Shown here piece by piece: positions 10,901 through 19,400 of a stretch of 30,053 nt of DNA. The stretch spans positions 1 to 30,053 of IMG/VR virus record IMGVR_UViG_3300017912_003051. One strand, written 5' to 3'. Origin of the DNA: a virus. Lineage: Duplodnaviria; Caudoviricetes. Both the position numbers and the translations under genes were made by a program. The notes under the pieces were generated by a model, which searched no databases, was not told where the DNA came from, and worked only from the letters and a program-made list of their open reading frames with translations. Every line of letters begins with the position of its first letter. The first letter of the stretch is position 1.

Positions 10901-11805
10901 AAAACCATAAATGTATCATAACCTAATTCCTCTAATTCTGCTTTTTGTGATGCTATCTTATTAAAGTTGTGACCAGTACCATCTACAATAACACCTAATC
11001 TACCTTTTACATATAATTTTAATCTTTGTTTGTTCAGCTCTTTCGCAAACTTTCTTAAACCACTTCCGTCAGGTCCTGTTAAATCATCAAACACCTCATC
11101 AGGCATCTTATCTAAATCCGTTCCGAATCCAAACTTCTTCAATAAAAACTTCAGTTCTTTATCCTGATTAATCATCTTCATGCCAGTCTGAGATACATTT
11201 ACTCTATCTGGTATTCCGAACAAACCTTTTGCTACATAGGTCTTTCCACTACCTGGCCCACCTGCTAAAAATACAGCCTTAAATATACCAGGGTCATTAA
11301 TACCCTCATTCACGTTTTCTTTTTTCAATACCCTAAATGTAGTAATCTTTTTACCATTAATAGTTGGCATTCCATGTTCATCTTTATCGATTGATTTTAC
11401 AACAACCTTTTTATTCTTAAATCTACCTGTAAGAATGGTGTCACCTATTTTGACTGGTATATTGATATCCTCATTTTTTTTCTTGGTCTTTGCCTTCATC
11501 TTATTTATGTATCTACGATATACAGCCGCTTGGGATTTCTTACCCATTTCACGAGCCCTTTGTTCCATAGCTACGGCGGCTTGTATCTTATGGGCATGGG
11601 AACGACCACTCGACTTAATTTTACGTACGGATGCCTCAGCGTCTTTTACCGTTGCAAATTTAAGACCCTTGATGGTTCCTTTTGGATTTTCGTCCGTGTA
11701 TAAATCGGAGTGAGATTTGGAACCTCGATGTTGTCCCTTTTTTCTTGGGACTCTTGGTGCCTCAGATAGTATTGATTCTACTAACCACTTTGATAGTTTA
11801 TTCAT
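7930..11805 (-). CDS. Multidomain protein: zeta-toxin-like P-loop kinase, HIGH-type nucleotidyltransferase and ATP-dependent ligase-like domain, plus small modules
   Basis: 1291 aa. Kinase: KAVFLAGGPGSGKT, IVDGTG, KRNQER. Nucleotidyltransferase: IYGGRFQPFGPHH...SGTVMR. Ligase motifs: TEKLDG, NLEVI, EGIVF, YKFTG. Confidence 0.85.
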   Translation of the reverse strand: MNKLSKWLVESILSEAPRVPRKKGQHRGSKSHSDLYTDENPKGTIKGLKFATVKDAEASVRKIKSSGRSHAHKIQAAVAMEQRAREMGKKSQAAVYRRYINKMKAKTKKKNEDINIPVKIGDTILTGRFKNKKVVVKSIDKDEHGMPTINGKKITTFRVLKKENVNEGINDPGIFKAVFLAGGPGSGKTYVAKGLFGIPDRVNVSQTGMKMINQDKELKFLLKKFGFGTDLDKMPDEVFDDLTGPDGSGLRKFAKELNKQRLKLYVKGRLGVIVDGTGHNFNKIASQKAELEELGYDTFMVFVNTSLDVAQKRNQERDRVLPKNIVSDSWKDVQANLGKFQSLFKGNFLIVDNSKFLDEKASQKKFEMLVKKGIARFIKKPIKNKNAKSWMRKEKLLRKQGIKEAFAVRGNKIEKFITGKNLKHQGKRYKEIEFEVIKVDNPKELVTLRILAPKKLFGQEVPVRFRTLRRGPFFKTDTGKTETFSFDGTIPSPSRKLVKKMKKKGHSSVPYGSGYEKIKEQKQIKKVVGIYGGRFQPFGPHHKKTYEWLKARVDDAYITTSNIKQPPRHPMDFKEKVRHMVKMGIPKNRIIQEKSPYVAKNVLKKYDKDTTAVVYIFGAKDAGRLKGGKYFQDYKKNKDNFKGYEENGYVLTAPHQSVKVAGNEVSGTVMRQLLGSPNYEADRKKLFKQAFGYFDNGIYNMMTNKFKKLFESIDSFLVSKDISDIISEGSMTALSPTDDGPPTFHRGFADYKKYSKQWLDDMYAGQGWEVINYILSRHAINPDYDYTLSYSTVPAVAYGHSQTGDYGSRFGVDSPIDSYKAYINDVVLRNLGYELIKWMGITPDGKSYTGVEVETPVVGGVGKDNVANTELDKLDLKEEVQLIIEGGAYGHMNHPFDDKNLKFSDLKQIIINGLGGELNREDNVTEKLDGQNLMISWVNGKLVTARNKGQLKNYGATAMDTAGVASKFAGRGDIKNAFVFAMKDLSKAVGKLTDAQKEKVFGNGKRWMNLEVIYPASANVIDYDKSEIIFHGTLEYDESGKAIGQPKDSARMLAGMIKQVNQNIQKHFKIGKPLFLNVPKTQNFGTKKKTYLARLDKLKRQYALKDNDTLSLYHQKFWIEFIFNAAKQYRYKIPNKILVNLTKRWAFLDKSYSVQQMRKEIDNEKFLDWALSFDKTDHKKYIKDNMKPFEVLFFDVGSEILKNISGYLVASPDKAVQKIRKDVISAIKTIKAGGDIKKIETLKLQLSKLEKIGGLSSIVPTEGIVFKYKGKTYKFTGAFAPVNQILGLLNF

Positions 11806-11806
11806 T

Positions 11807-12088
11807 TTAGAATACTACGTGAACTGTCCCACTACCACTAACTTTAGAAACTCCTATTTCGTATAAGGTTTTTGCCGTAAATGCTGAAGCCGCTACCGCG
11901 TTTCCTTCAGTCGGAGTTATTACAGAAGAACCAGCACTTTCAACAATAAATCCACTTGTGCCAGATAAAGAACCTGTAAATTCTAATTCCTCGGTTGCAG
12001 TAGTACGAATTTTACTAAACTTAGCTTTATCTATGTTGTTAGCGAGAGTTCGACCACTTATGCCGCTTGTTTGGGTTCGTGTTGCCAT
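11807..12088 (-). CDS. Small beta-rich hypothetical protein, possibly structural
   Basis: 93 aa, Ser/Thr/Gly-rich, with AGGAG site upstream. Confidence 0.75.
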   Translation of the reverse strand: MATRTQTSGISGRTLANNIDKAKFSKIRTTATEELEFTGSLSGTSGFIVESAGSSVITPTEGNAVAASAFTAKTLYEIGVSKVSGSGTVHVVF

Positions 12089-12098
12089 TTATTTTCTC

Positions 12099-12596
12099 CT
12101 AAACTGAGAGAGCTCTCTTATACCATCCGTATATGAATCTCTCTTGTTCTGGTTTCTTGTTTACTAAATCATAATAATGTTTAAGACGATAACAACGAAC
12201 CCTATCGGTGGAGGGTTTGTATTTAGCCAAGGCACCCTTTGTGCCTGGCCCGAATCCACCGTCAACTTTTAAATCACCACCTTTACCGTTGATAGCTCGT
12301 TGTAATATTTTTACTGCAGTACCCCTACCTTGATTCACACACATATCGAAGAATATATGTTTTAGTTCATCAGGTAATTCGTCCACCTTATTCTTATCCC
12401 AATAATCCTTCTTGTAAATTTCTTTAGCACCCTCTTCTGTAAGGTTCTTGATATCCACATCAGGATAAAATCTTTTCGCTATTCCGTAGTTAGTCTCACC
12501 ACCTAAATCCTTTGGGTCGTGTACGTATCCACCCTCGTGGTCTAATGTAATCTGAATAATCTCATCAAACGTTGTTAAAACTTTGTCACTTTTCAT
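12099..12596 (-). CDS. Endolysin, glycoside hydrolase family 108 with a peptidoglycan-binding region
   Basis: HEGGYV, DLGGETNYGI, FDMCVNQG and VDGGFGPGT. Start moved from 12650 to 12596 (MKSDKV) because GGGAG lies 7 nt upstream. Confidence 0.92.
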   Translation of the reverse strand: MKSDKVLTTFDEIIQITLDHEGGYVHDPKDLGGETNYGIAKRFYPDVDIKNLTEEGAKEIYKKDYWDKNKVDELPDELKHIFFDMCVNQGRGTAVKILQRAINGKGGDLKVDGGFGPGTKGALAKYKPSTDRVRCYRLKHYYDLVNKKPEQERFIYGWYKRALSV

Positions 12597-12652
12597 AGGT
12601 TTGCTCCCTAATAACTCTATTATAAATTTGAAAATGTTGTATATATTCATTA

Positions 12653-12659
12653 ATAAATA
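12653..12659 (-). promoter_or_regulatory. Putative phage promoter motif TATTTAT
   Basis: ATATTTATTA in the gap upstream of the endolysin; same motif as at 3703 and 21353. Confidence 0.5.
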
Positions 12660-12674
12660 TCTGTTTGGTTTTTT

Positions 12675-15600
12675 TTACCTATCAATTCTACCATCATGAA
12701 TCAATACACCATCCGCATAGAAGTTTTTATTCTTGGTTATTACCGTATAGGTGTCACTATCTTGACCTACCTCACTTATACTAACAATTTTGCGTAGACC
12801 ATTTGTTGTCATAATTTTATCACCCAAGTTCAGTTTAGTTGAACCAAGTTTTTCATTTGGTATTATACTTAATAAATTATCATTCTCGGCTATAATTGGA
12901 TGACTATCTGTAATTAGTATCTCGGTCTCATCCTCTAGTCCAACATTATAAACATAGTGTGGGCCTCTGATAATATCCTCTATCTCTACATATTCATCGG
13001 TCTTTGTCTCCATGTTATAGGTTCTTACCATATCACCGATTGACACATCATCTACATACATCATACCATTTTTCATATTTAACATCATGGTTACATCAAT
13101 ACATTTTTGGTCATCACCGCCACCGCCACCAGGTGCACCACCACCACTACCCGCGCCAATTGTAAATCTTATTGTATTATCACCTGTATCGATATTACCA
13201 TTTTGATTTCTAAACAGAACTCCTAAGTCTAAATCACCTTGAGATTCACTATCCATCAACCTAAAGAATCTTATTCTAATATCATTTGCATCTCCAAGGT
13301 TAAATGTATGTACTGAGTCGGCATCTGGTACAGTCGTAAGACCAGAGGCGGTTGTATTTGGGTCTGTGCCGTTTGTTGTTAATTTAAATCTGAAACTATC
13401 ATCATTAGTGCTATTTGTAAGCATTTGTACATTCGTGCTGTTTCTATCTTGTGAAGTCACCCTAATAACAGTACCGTGATGAACAGTTCCGACTGTGTCT
13501 TCAGTATATTGTGTATCTGTATTGATACCTGTTGGAGACCTTGAAATTGTGGGTTCTGCAGTTGTGGCATTCAATACCGAACTCAACGCCGTCTCATTAC
13601 TAGCATTTGTGGCGGTTAATTGAAAATGAAATGTAGTACCATCAGCTAAACCTGTCTGACTAATTGTTTGTGAAGTTGTTGTTGTCGATAATATTGTTGC
13701 CACGTTATCTGTCATGTTAGCAGCAGTAGCTCTTTTTATAACCACTGCACCAGATGTAGTTTTTACATTACTGACACTATAACTAATATCAATACGACCC
13801 CTTATAGCGTTTGCAGTTACAGAGAAAGAGTCCACAGATGGAACAGGAGCATTCATGACGAAATTACTATTCAATGTTAAATCATTTGGTAGGGCTATTT
13901 CATTTGCAGTCCTATCTACATCTACTATTTTCAAGGCTCTCGCAACGGTATCAACGGTAGCATTACTGTTAATTGTAAAATTTGTGTTACCAGGTCCCCC
14001 ATTTGCTTGACCACCATGACTGATTGTGGTCGTTCCTGTTATAGCCTCAAATGAACCATCTGATAACTGCCTTTCTAATCTAGCTCTTTTTACAAAATCA
14101 ACCTGTGTGGTGACCGTGACCGTCGCTCCGACTCTTAATCCATCATTAAGTGTATCTGTCACTGCAGAATCAAAATTCTTTGTTATTGAGTCCATCGTAA
14201 CAGAAAATCCATCTGTAGCTGATGTGCTATTACTTGCTACTTGTAAACTATTACTCTTGGAACCAGCTGAATTAAACGTTCCTTGGATTGCACCTGCTGT
14301 ATTTGCATTACCACTTGTAAAACTAAAACCAGAAGCCATACTATAGGTAAATCCTAAACTTGTTCCTACGGCAGTAGGTGTAAAGGTAAAAGTTGTTGGT
14401 GATATTCCGTGTGATGTTGAACTGATAGAAACGCCATCGGTGTCAGCGGTTGGTATACCTGTTGCGGCACTTTTTGCAACTGACACGGTTGGGTTTACAG
14501 TAATCTCATCGGAAGCATCACTTGTTTGACCAAAAGATGCGTCTCCATCATAAGATATCGTATAAATACCATTTAGAGTGCCTGGTGAAAGTGTCGCGGT
14601 ATTAGTTCCACTTCCCTTGTCAGGCGAACTCGTGATAACTACATTGACATTATGACCAACGATGCTACTTATATCTAATGCTCTTGTTTCGTTTACATTT
14701 ATGGTTACATCACCAGGTGTGTTATAACTGAAAGCTGGAGCTACTTGGAATGATGAACCAGCAGTCACTCCGATAGTGCCATCTGTTATATCTGCTTTGG
14801 GAAAAAAAGTTTCTAATGACGTGCCACTTTCTAACGTTCTTGTAAATGCTTGGGTTTGTATGCTTGAGGTGAATCTAGTATCAGATATGCTTTTGTTTTG
14901 AAAACCAGTATAGGTTGTGTTATTATTTGCCTCACCAAAACCCATTCTCAATGTTTTACTTTGAACACCAGCGACAGTCGCACTGATTGTAAATTCCTGC
15001 CCACTATTTATTGTCGCATCATCTACACCGACACTACTAATTGCATTTGCTAATTCGACATCTATATTTTTATCAGCTGTGGCGGTCTGATTGGTTCTAC
15101 CGAATAAAGATAATCTTACGGTTTTATTTTGTTGGACTGTATCAAAACGAACTGTTGGATGAGATTGGTCAGTCAAATCTATGATAGAAACACTATCATC
15201 TGAAAATCCATCGGTATCACCAGCACTTGCATTACCAGATTGAACACTCATATTACCAGTGCCTTGATTAGACCACTGATATCCAACGATATTATCTGTG
15301 ACATCGTTAGCGACATCCAAAGTTATATTTGTATTTACCTTGACCGATGATGCACCAAATGATAAATCGTTAGCATCAAACTGTTGGGATATAAGTGGAT
15401 AGATGTTGAATGCATTTGATATAGCTTGGTCTGAACCATCAAATGCTCTTATCTTAACACCCAAAGTGCTATCTGTTTGTGCTGGTGCAGTAAACGTTTT
15501 GTTATATGCAGTGACAGATTGCCTTGAATCAGTCGTATCATCATTTTCTAATAGTGTACTATTATTATCAGACCTAATCAAATCAACATCAATACCACTA

Positions 15601-16493
15601 CTAAATCCTTGGTGTTCACCTATGGCTGTGATTGTTGAACCCTCATTTAAACTACTTGGATTATTTACCGTAATGGATTTAGAAAAATCTATTCGGTGTG
15701 TTACCTGTGCAGCGGTGGACGAGTTTCTGGCTTGAGAGGGTGTTCCATCAACCCTACAATCAATCGTAAATATTCCGACACCTGTATATGAAACAGTAGG
15801 TGACCTATCACTTGAGTTTGTGATATTGGATGGTGCACTACCAGGTCCAGATGATTTTCCAAATGTCCAATTTATATCATTGAATGCATTATCATTTGTA
15901 ATTGATATTTGATGTTCTATATTTGTTGTAGCTGAATTGTTTGCAACCGTAGTGTCACTTGGGTCAGTTATTGTGATAGTTCCTATGGCATCATGATGTG
16001 TAAATGTTTGGTCATCATTTACCACATTAAAAGTATTAAATTCAACTTGTGGTCTGTAGGTGTCCTCTGTTAAACTTAAATTTGAAAATGTGACTGTTCC
16101 TGCACCACTCCTTGTTGTGGATGCGTCGGTATTACCACCCGAGTCAAGTAATCTGACAGTATAAGTTCCTGATTGTCCATTGGTTGTAAATGCTACATCT
16201 AAATCTTCACCGTCTACCGTATCAGTACCACCTGCTGTGGTGAACGTGATACCAGTTATAATAGAACTTGGAAAGTTAGCACCCCTAAATTCTGATAACG
16301 CATGTGGTGCTGTATTTAAAGCTACTCTATCCGCATCTAAATTACCTGTGCCATTACCATCGGCATCACCAACTATTGATGCACTTGCAAATCGTATTGA
16401 TTCTGTTCGTAAAGATAAATTGGACAGACTGGCTGAACTATTATTATTTGCTATGGCTGATAATGATATTGGGCCTGAGGTAGGTAGTGTCAT
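12675..16493 (-). CDS. Large adhesin or tail-associated protein with Ig/PKD/FN3-like domains and a C-terminal Hint domain
   Basis: 1272 aa, rich in Thr/Ser/Asn/Gly. PKD-like NWTFG...PTVSY and FN3-like GLADGTTFHFQLTATN. A Gly linker precedes Hint motifs CIDVT, ITDSHP and NFYADGVLIHD. Confidence 0.85.
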   Translation of the reverse strand: MTLPTSGPISLSAIANNNSSASLSNLSLRTESIRFASASIVGDADGNGTGNLDADRVALNTAPHALSEFRGANFPSSIITGITFTTAGGTDTVDGEDLDVAFTTNGQSGTYTVRLLDSGGNTDASTTRSGAGTVTFSNLSLTEDTYRPQVEFNTFNVVNDDQTFTHHDAIGTITITDPSDTTVANNSATTNIEHQISITNDNAFNDINWTFGKSSGPGSAPSNITNSSDRSPTVSYTGVGIFTIDCRVDGTPSQARNSSTAAQVTHRIDFSKSITVNNPSSLNEGSTITAIGEHQGFSSGIDVDLIRSDNNSTLLENDDTTDSRQSVTAYNKTFTAPAQTDSTLGVKIRAFDGSDQAISNAFNIYPLISQQFDANDLSFGASSVKVNTNITLDVANDVTDNIVGYQWSNQGTGNMSVQSGNASAGDTDGFSDDSVSIIDLTDQSHPTVRFDTVQQNKTVRLSLFGRTNQTATADKNIDVELANAISSVGVDDATINSGQEFTISATVAGVQSKTLRMGFGEANNNTTYTGFQNKSISDTRFTSSIQTQAFTRTLESGTSLETFFPKADITDGTIGVTAGSSFQVAPAFSYNTPGDVTINVNETRALDISSIVGHNVNVVITSSPDKGSGTNTATLSPGTLNGIYTISYDGDASFGQTSDASDEITVNPTVSVAKSAATGIPTADTDGVSISSTSHGISPTTFTFTPTAVGTSLGFTYSMASGFSFTSGNANTAGAIQGTFNSAGSKSNSLQVASNSTSATDGFSVTMDSITKNFDSAVTDTLNDGLRVGATVTVTTQVDFVKRARLERQLSDGSFEAITGTTTISHGGQANGGPGNTNFTINSNATVDTVARALKIVDVDRTANEIALPNDLTLNSNFVMNAPVPSVDSFSVTANAIRGRIDISYSVSNVKTTSGAVVIKRATAANMTDNVATILSTTTTSQTISQTGLADGTTFHFQLTATNASNETALSSVLNATTAEPTISRSPTGINTDTQYTEDTVGTVHHGTVIRVTSQDRNSTNVQMLTNSTNDDSFRFKLTTNGTDPNTTASGLTTVPDADSVHTFNLGDANDIRIRFFRLMDSESQGDLDLGVLFRNQNGNIDTGDNTIRFTIGAGSGGGAPGGGGGDDQKCIDVTMMLNMKNGMMYVDDVSIGDMVRTYNMETKTDEYVEIEDIIRGPHYVYNVGLEDETEILITDSHPIIAENDNLLSIIPNEKLGSTKLNLGDKIMTTNGLRKIVSISEVGQDSDTYTVITKNKNFYADGVLIHDGRIDR

Positions 16494-19400
16494 TACAACT
16501 CCTCAAGTTTCTTCTTTAATTCATCTATCTGCTTTTGTTGGTCTTTTATAGATTCTATAAGTAATGGTACAAGTTTTTCATATTTAACTGCTTTGTAACC
16601 GTTACTGTTATCTCTGACTAATTCAGGCATTATCTGTTCAACCTCTTGTGCAATTACACCAACATCGTGACCTTTATAAATATCTTGTTTATCATTCCAA
16701 TCAAATTCATAACCATTTATCTGTTTTACTTTTTCTATTGGATTTAATATGTGGGTAAGGTTATCTTTCAATCTTTCATCCGAGGATTGAAACGCTACGA
16801 TGTCACCACTTGAGTTTATAAGTGAACCTGATATAGTTGTTGATAATATTGGGCCAAAAGAAGAACCACTTATCGTTCCTTTAACGTGTAATTCTGTAGC
16901 TGGTCTGTAATTATTTATACCAACCCTACCTTTGAAAGTATTATCAAGACCACCATCTATATCATTTGGATATGCGACTAAAACATAATCACTATCTGTT
17001 ACAGAATTACCATGTGTTTTTTCATTATTATCCTCTCTACCAAATACATCACCTACAACAAATCTCCCCCCATGAAAGACACCACTAAAACTACTTCTAT
17101 CTGTTTTTAGTGGGGTCGCTAAAACCGCAGTAGAACCAGCACCACCATTGACAAGTGCGTAAAGACCAGCACCTCTAAAACTAAATAGGTTTGAATCTAA
17201 CGTGTTAGTCGTTTGACTTTGATAAGCAAATAACCCTGCATTGATATTATGTCCGTTGTTAGAGCCACTTCTATTACTACTATTAGCACCATATATTGGA
17301 GCACTTATCAATCTACTTCGATTACCAGCTTCAGTCAATCCACCTTGAACACTAAACTCATCTGCAGTCGGTGCAGTCTCAGTTCTGAAACCTCGTATCA
17401 CACCTGGATTTACAAATAAAGAACTTGTCGCATTTGTGACAATCATTATATCATCAATAGAACTTGATATGGTTGGGCCTGGTCTTGGGTCATTACCTTG
17501 TATACCAAACTCCGTATATAAAAACTCACAAGCCACCGTGCCTGGTGTGCCTGTACTACTACCATCCTTATCTATTAACTGAATACTTTGAGAGCCTTCA
17601 GTACCTTTGATAATAACACCTTCACCAGCTATATTATCATCCGTAATTGAAAATCCACCAATCGCTCCACTTGTAGCAGTAATCTTACCACTAACATTAG
17701 CGTTAGATGCAGTGATATCATTAACTATAACATCACCACTTTCTTGTAAATGAAACTTAGAAGAACTTATTTGTAAATTACTATTAGAACCACTTACAAA
17801 AGTTGAATTCAAATCTCCTAATAAAAATCTCGGTGCTTCCAACTTGATATTCGAACCTGATAAAAATGCGGTTTCGGTCATTAATCCAAAACCAGTAAAA
17901 TCAGCAGGTATATTTCTTGTACCAGCCACACCACTTAAATCACCCAATCTGGTTTTTAATTCTACATCATATAAACCAGCACCCGTTCTTTCAACAATAT
18001 CCATAAATGGTGTGGATATGTCATTCGGATTAGCATTTAATCTTATATAACCAGTATTTGTTCTACCTGTTGATACGATTACCTGTGAACCACTATATGA
18101 TTGAGCTGCACCAGGTGAATCTCCTAACGAACCACTTATACCAGTTGTTCCATTACCAAACCCACGAGTAACAAATAGATTACCTGAAGCATCTACTTCA
18201 CTACTTGGGTCGTTTCTTGAAGAACTATTAATTAGAATATATTCGGTAGAAAAGCCAGTTGGACTTACCTTTTTGATTATAGCTATCTCTCCGTTTACAA
18301 AACCAGATGCGTTTTCAACTGACATTGTTGTTTGTGTAGATTCATGTATATTATTTGGGTTTATAGCAGAAGAGGTTAGCACTGTTGAATTAGCTACATA
18401 TAACTGACCACCAACAGCATTCACGCTCTCCTTTTCGAATGTTGTTGTTCTTAGTGTTCCTCTTATTTTAGCGCTTTCAACTTCTAATGTACCACCATTA
18501 GCCGCGGTCAACCTAAATCCACTACCAGCTTCATTTGGTCTAAAATCAGAAGACCTAATTGTACCATCCGCATCTAAGACCAACTTACCTCCAGTTATGG
18601 TGTCGCTACCTAATGTAAAACCACCGATTTTACCACCTGTAAATAAGACTTGAGAGCCAGTTATTTTTCCGTTGTTACCTCTGAGGATTAGAAGACCTGA
18701 GTCTGATTGTAACTCGTTTGCATTTATGTTGAACCCACCGATAGTACCACCTGCTTCAGCAGTGATTGTACCTTGCATAACAACATCACCATCGTTTTGT
18801 AGATGAAAGTTTGAAGAACTTATCTCGATGTTACCGAGACTACCGCTTATAAATTGACCCCCACCACCTAAGAAAAATCTTGATGTTTTTAAATCAAATG
18901 TACTATTGTTTGCATTATCTGCATCATCAGTTCTAAATTTAAAAAAGGATTCATTAACGCCTGTGTTCCCATCATGTATTTCTAAACCTGCTCCATTATA
19001 ATTATCTTGTGTTTCACCGCCTGGCGCTACCGAACCACTCCATAGAAAAAATCCACCACCAGTCCCAGCTCTTGCATCGGTAAAGCCCGTGTAACCGACA
19101 GCCCTTATAAATGCTGAATTACCACCTTTTATCTCAACACCCTCACCTTGAACATTTCCTACAGTAACAGTACCTTTTACTAAATTGTCATCACCTTGTA
19201 TAAGCAATGATTGTCCCTCGACATCTACATCATCTACTAAAGTGACCTCCTCTGCTTCATTGTTATTGACATCGTAATATTGAAGTATAAATTGAAACTT
19301 GTCAGGTCGTTGTGAGTTTGTTGGTATTGGAACTCTAACGCTAACATTATCAGGAGAAAAACCTGTATCAAGTGCTGGTCTTAAAGATATATCAGAAATA

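Noticed and set aside
10597-11304. Zeta/epsilon toxin-antitoxin system
   Set aside because: The kinase is embedded in a large phage protein with no antitoxin gene nearby, and the fold alone does not establish toxin activity.
12693-13103. Mobile intein in the adhesin
   Set aside because: There is no homing endonuclease, no terminal Asn, no +1 Cys/Ser/Thr, and only five residues follow. It was kept as a Hint autoprocessing domain.
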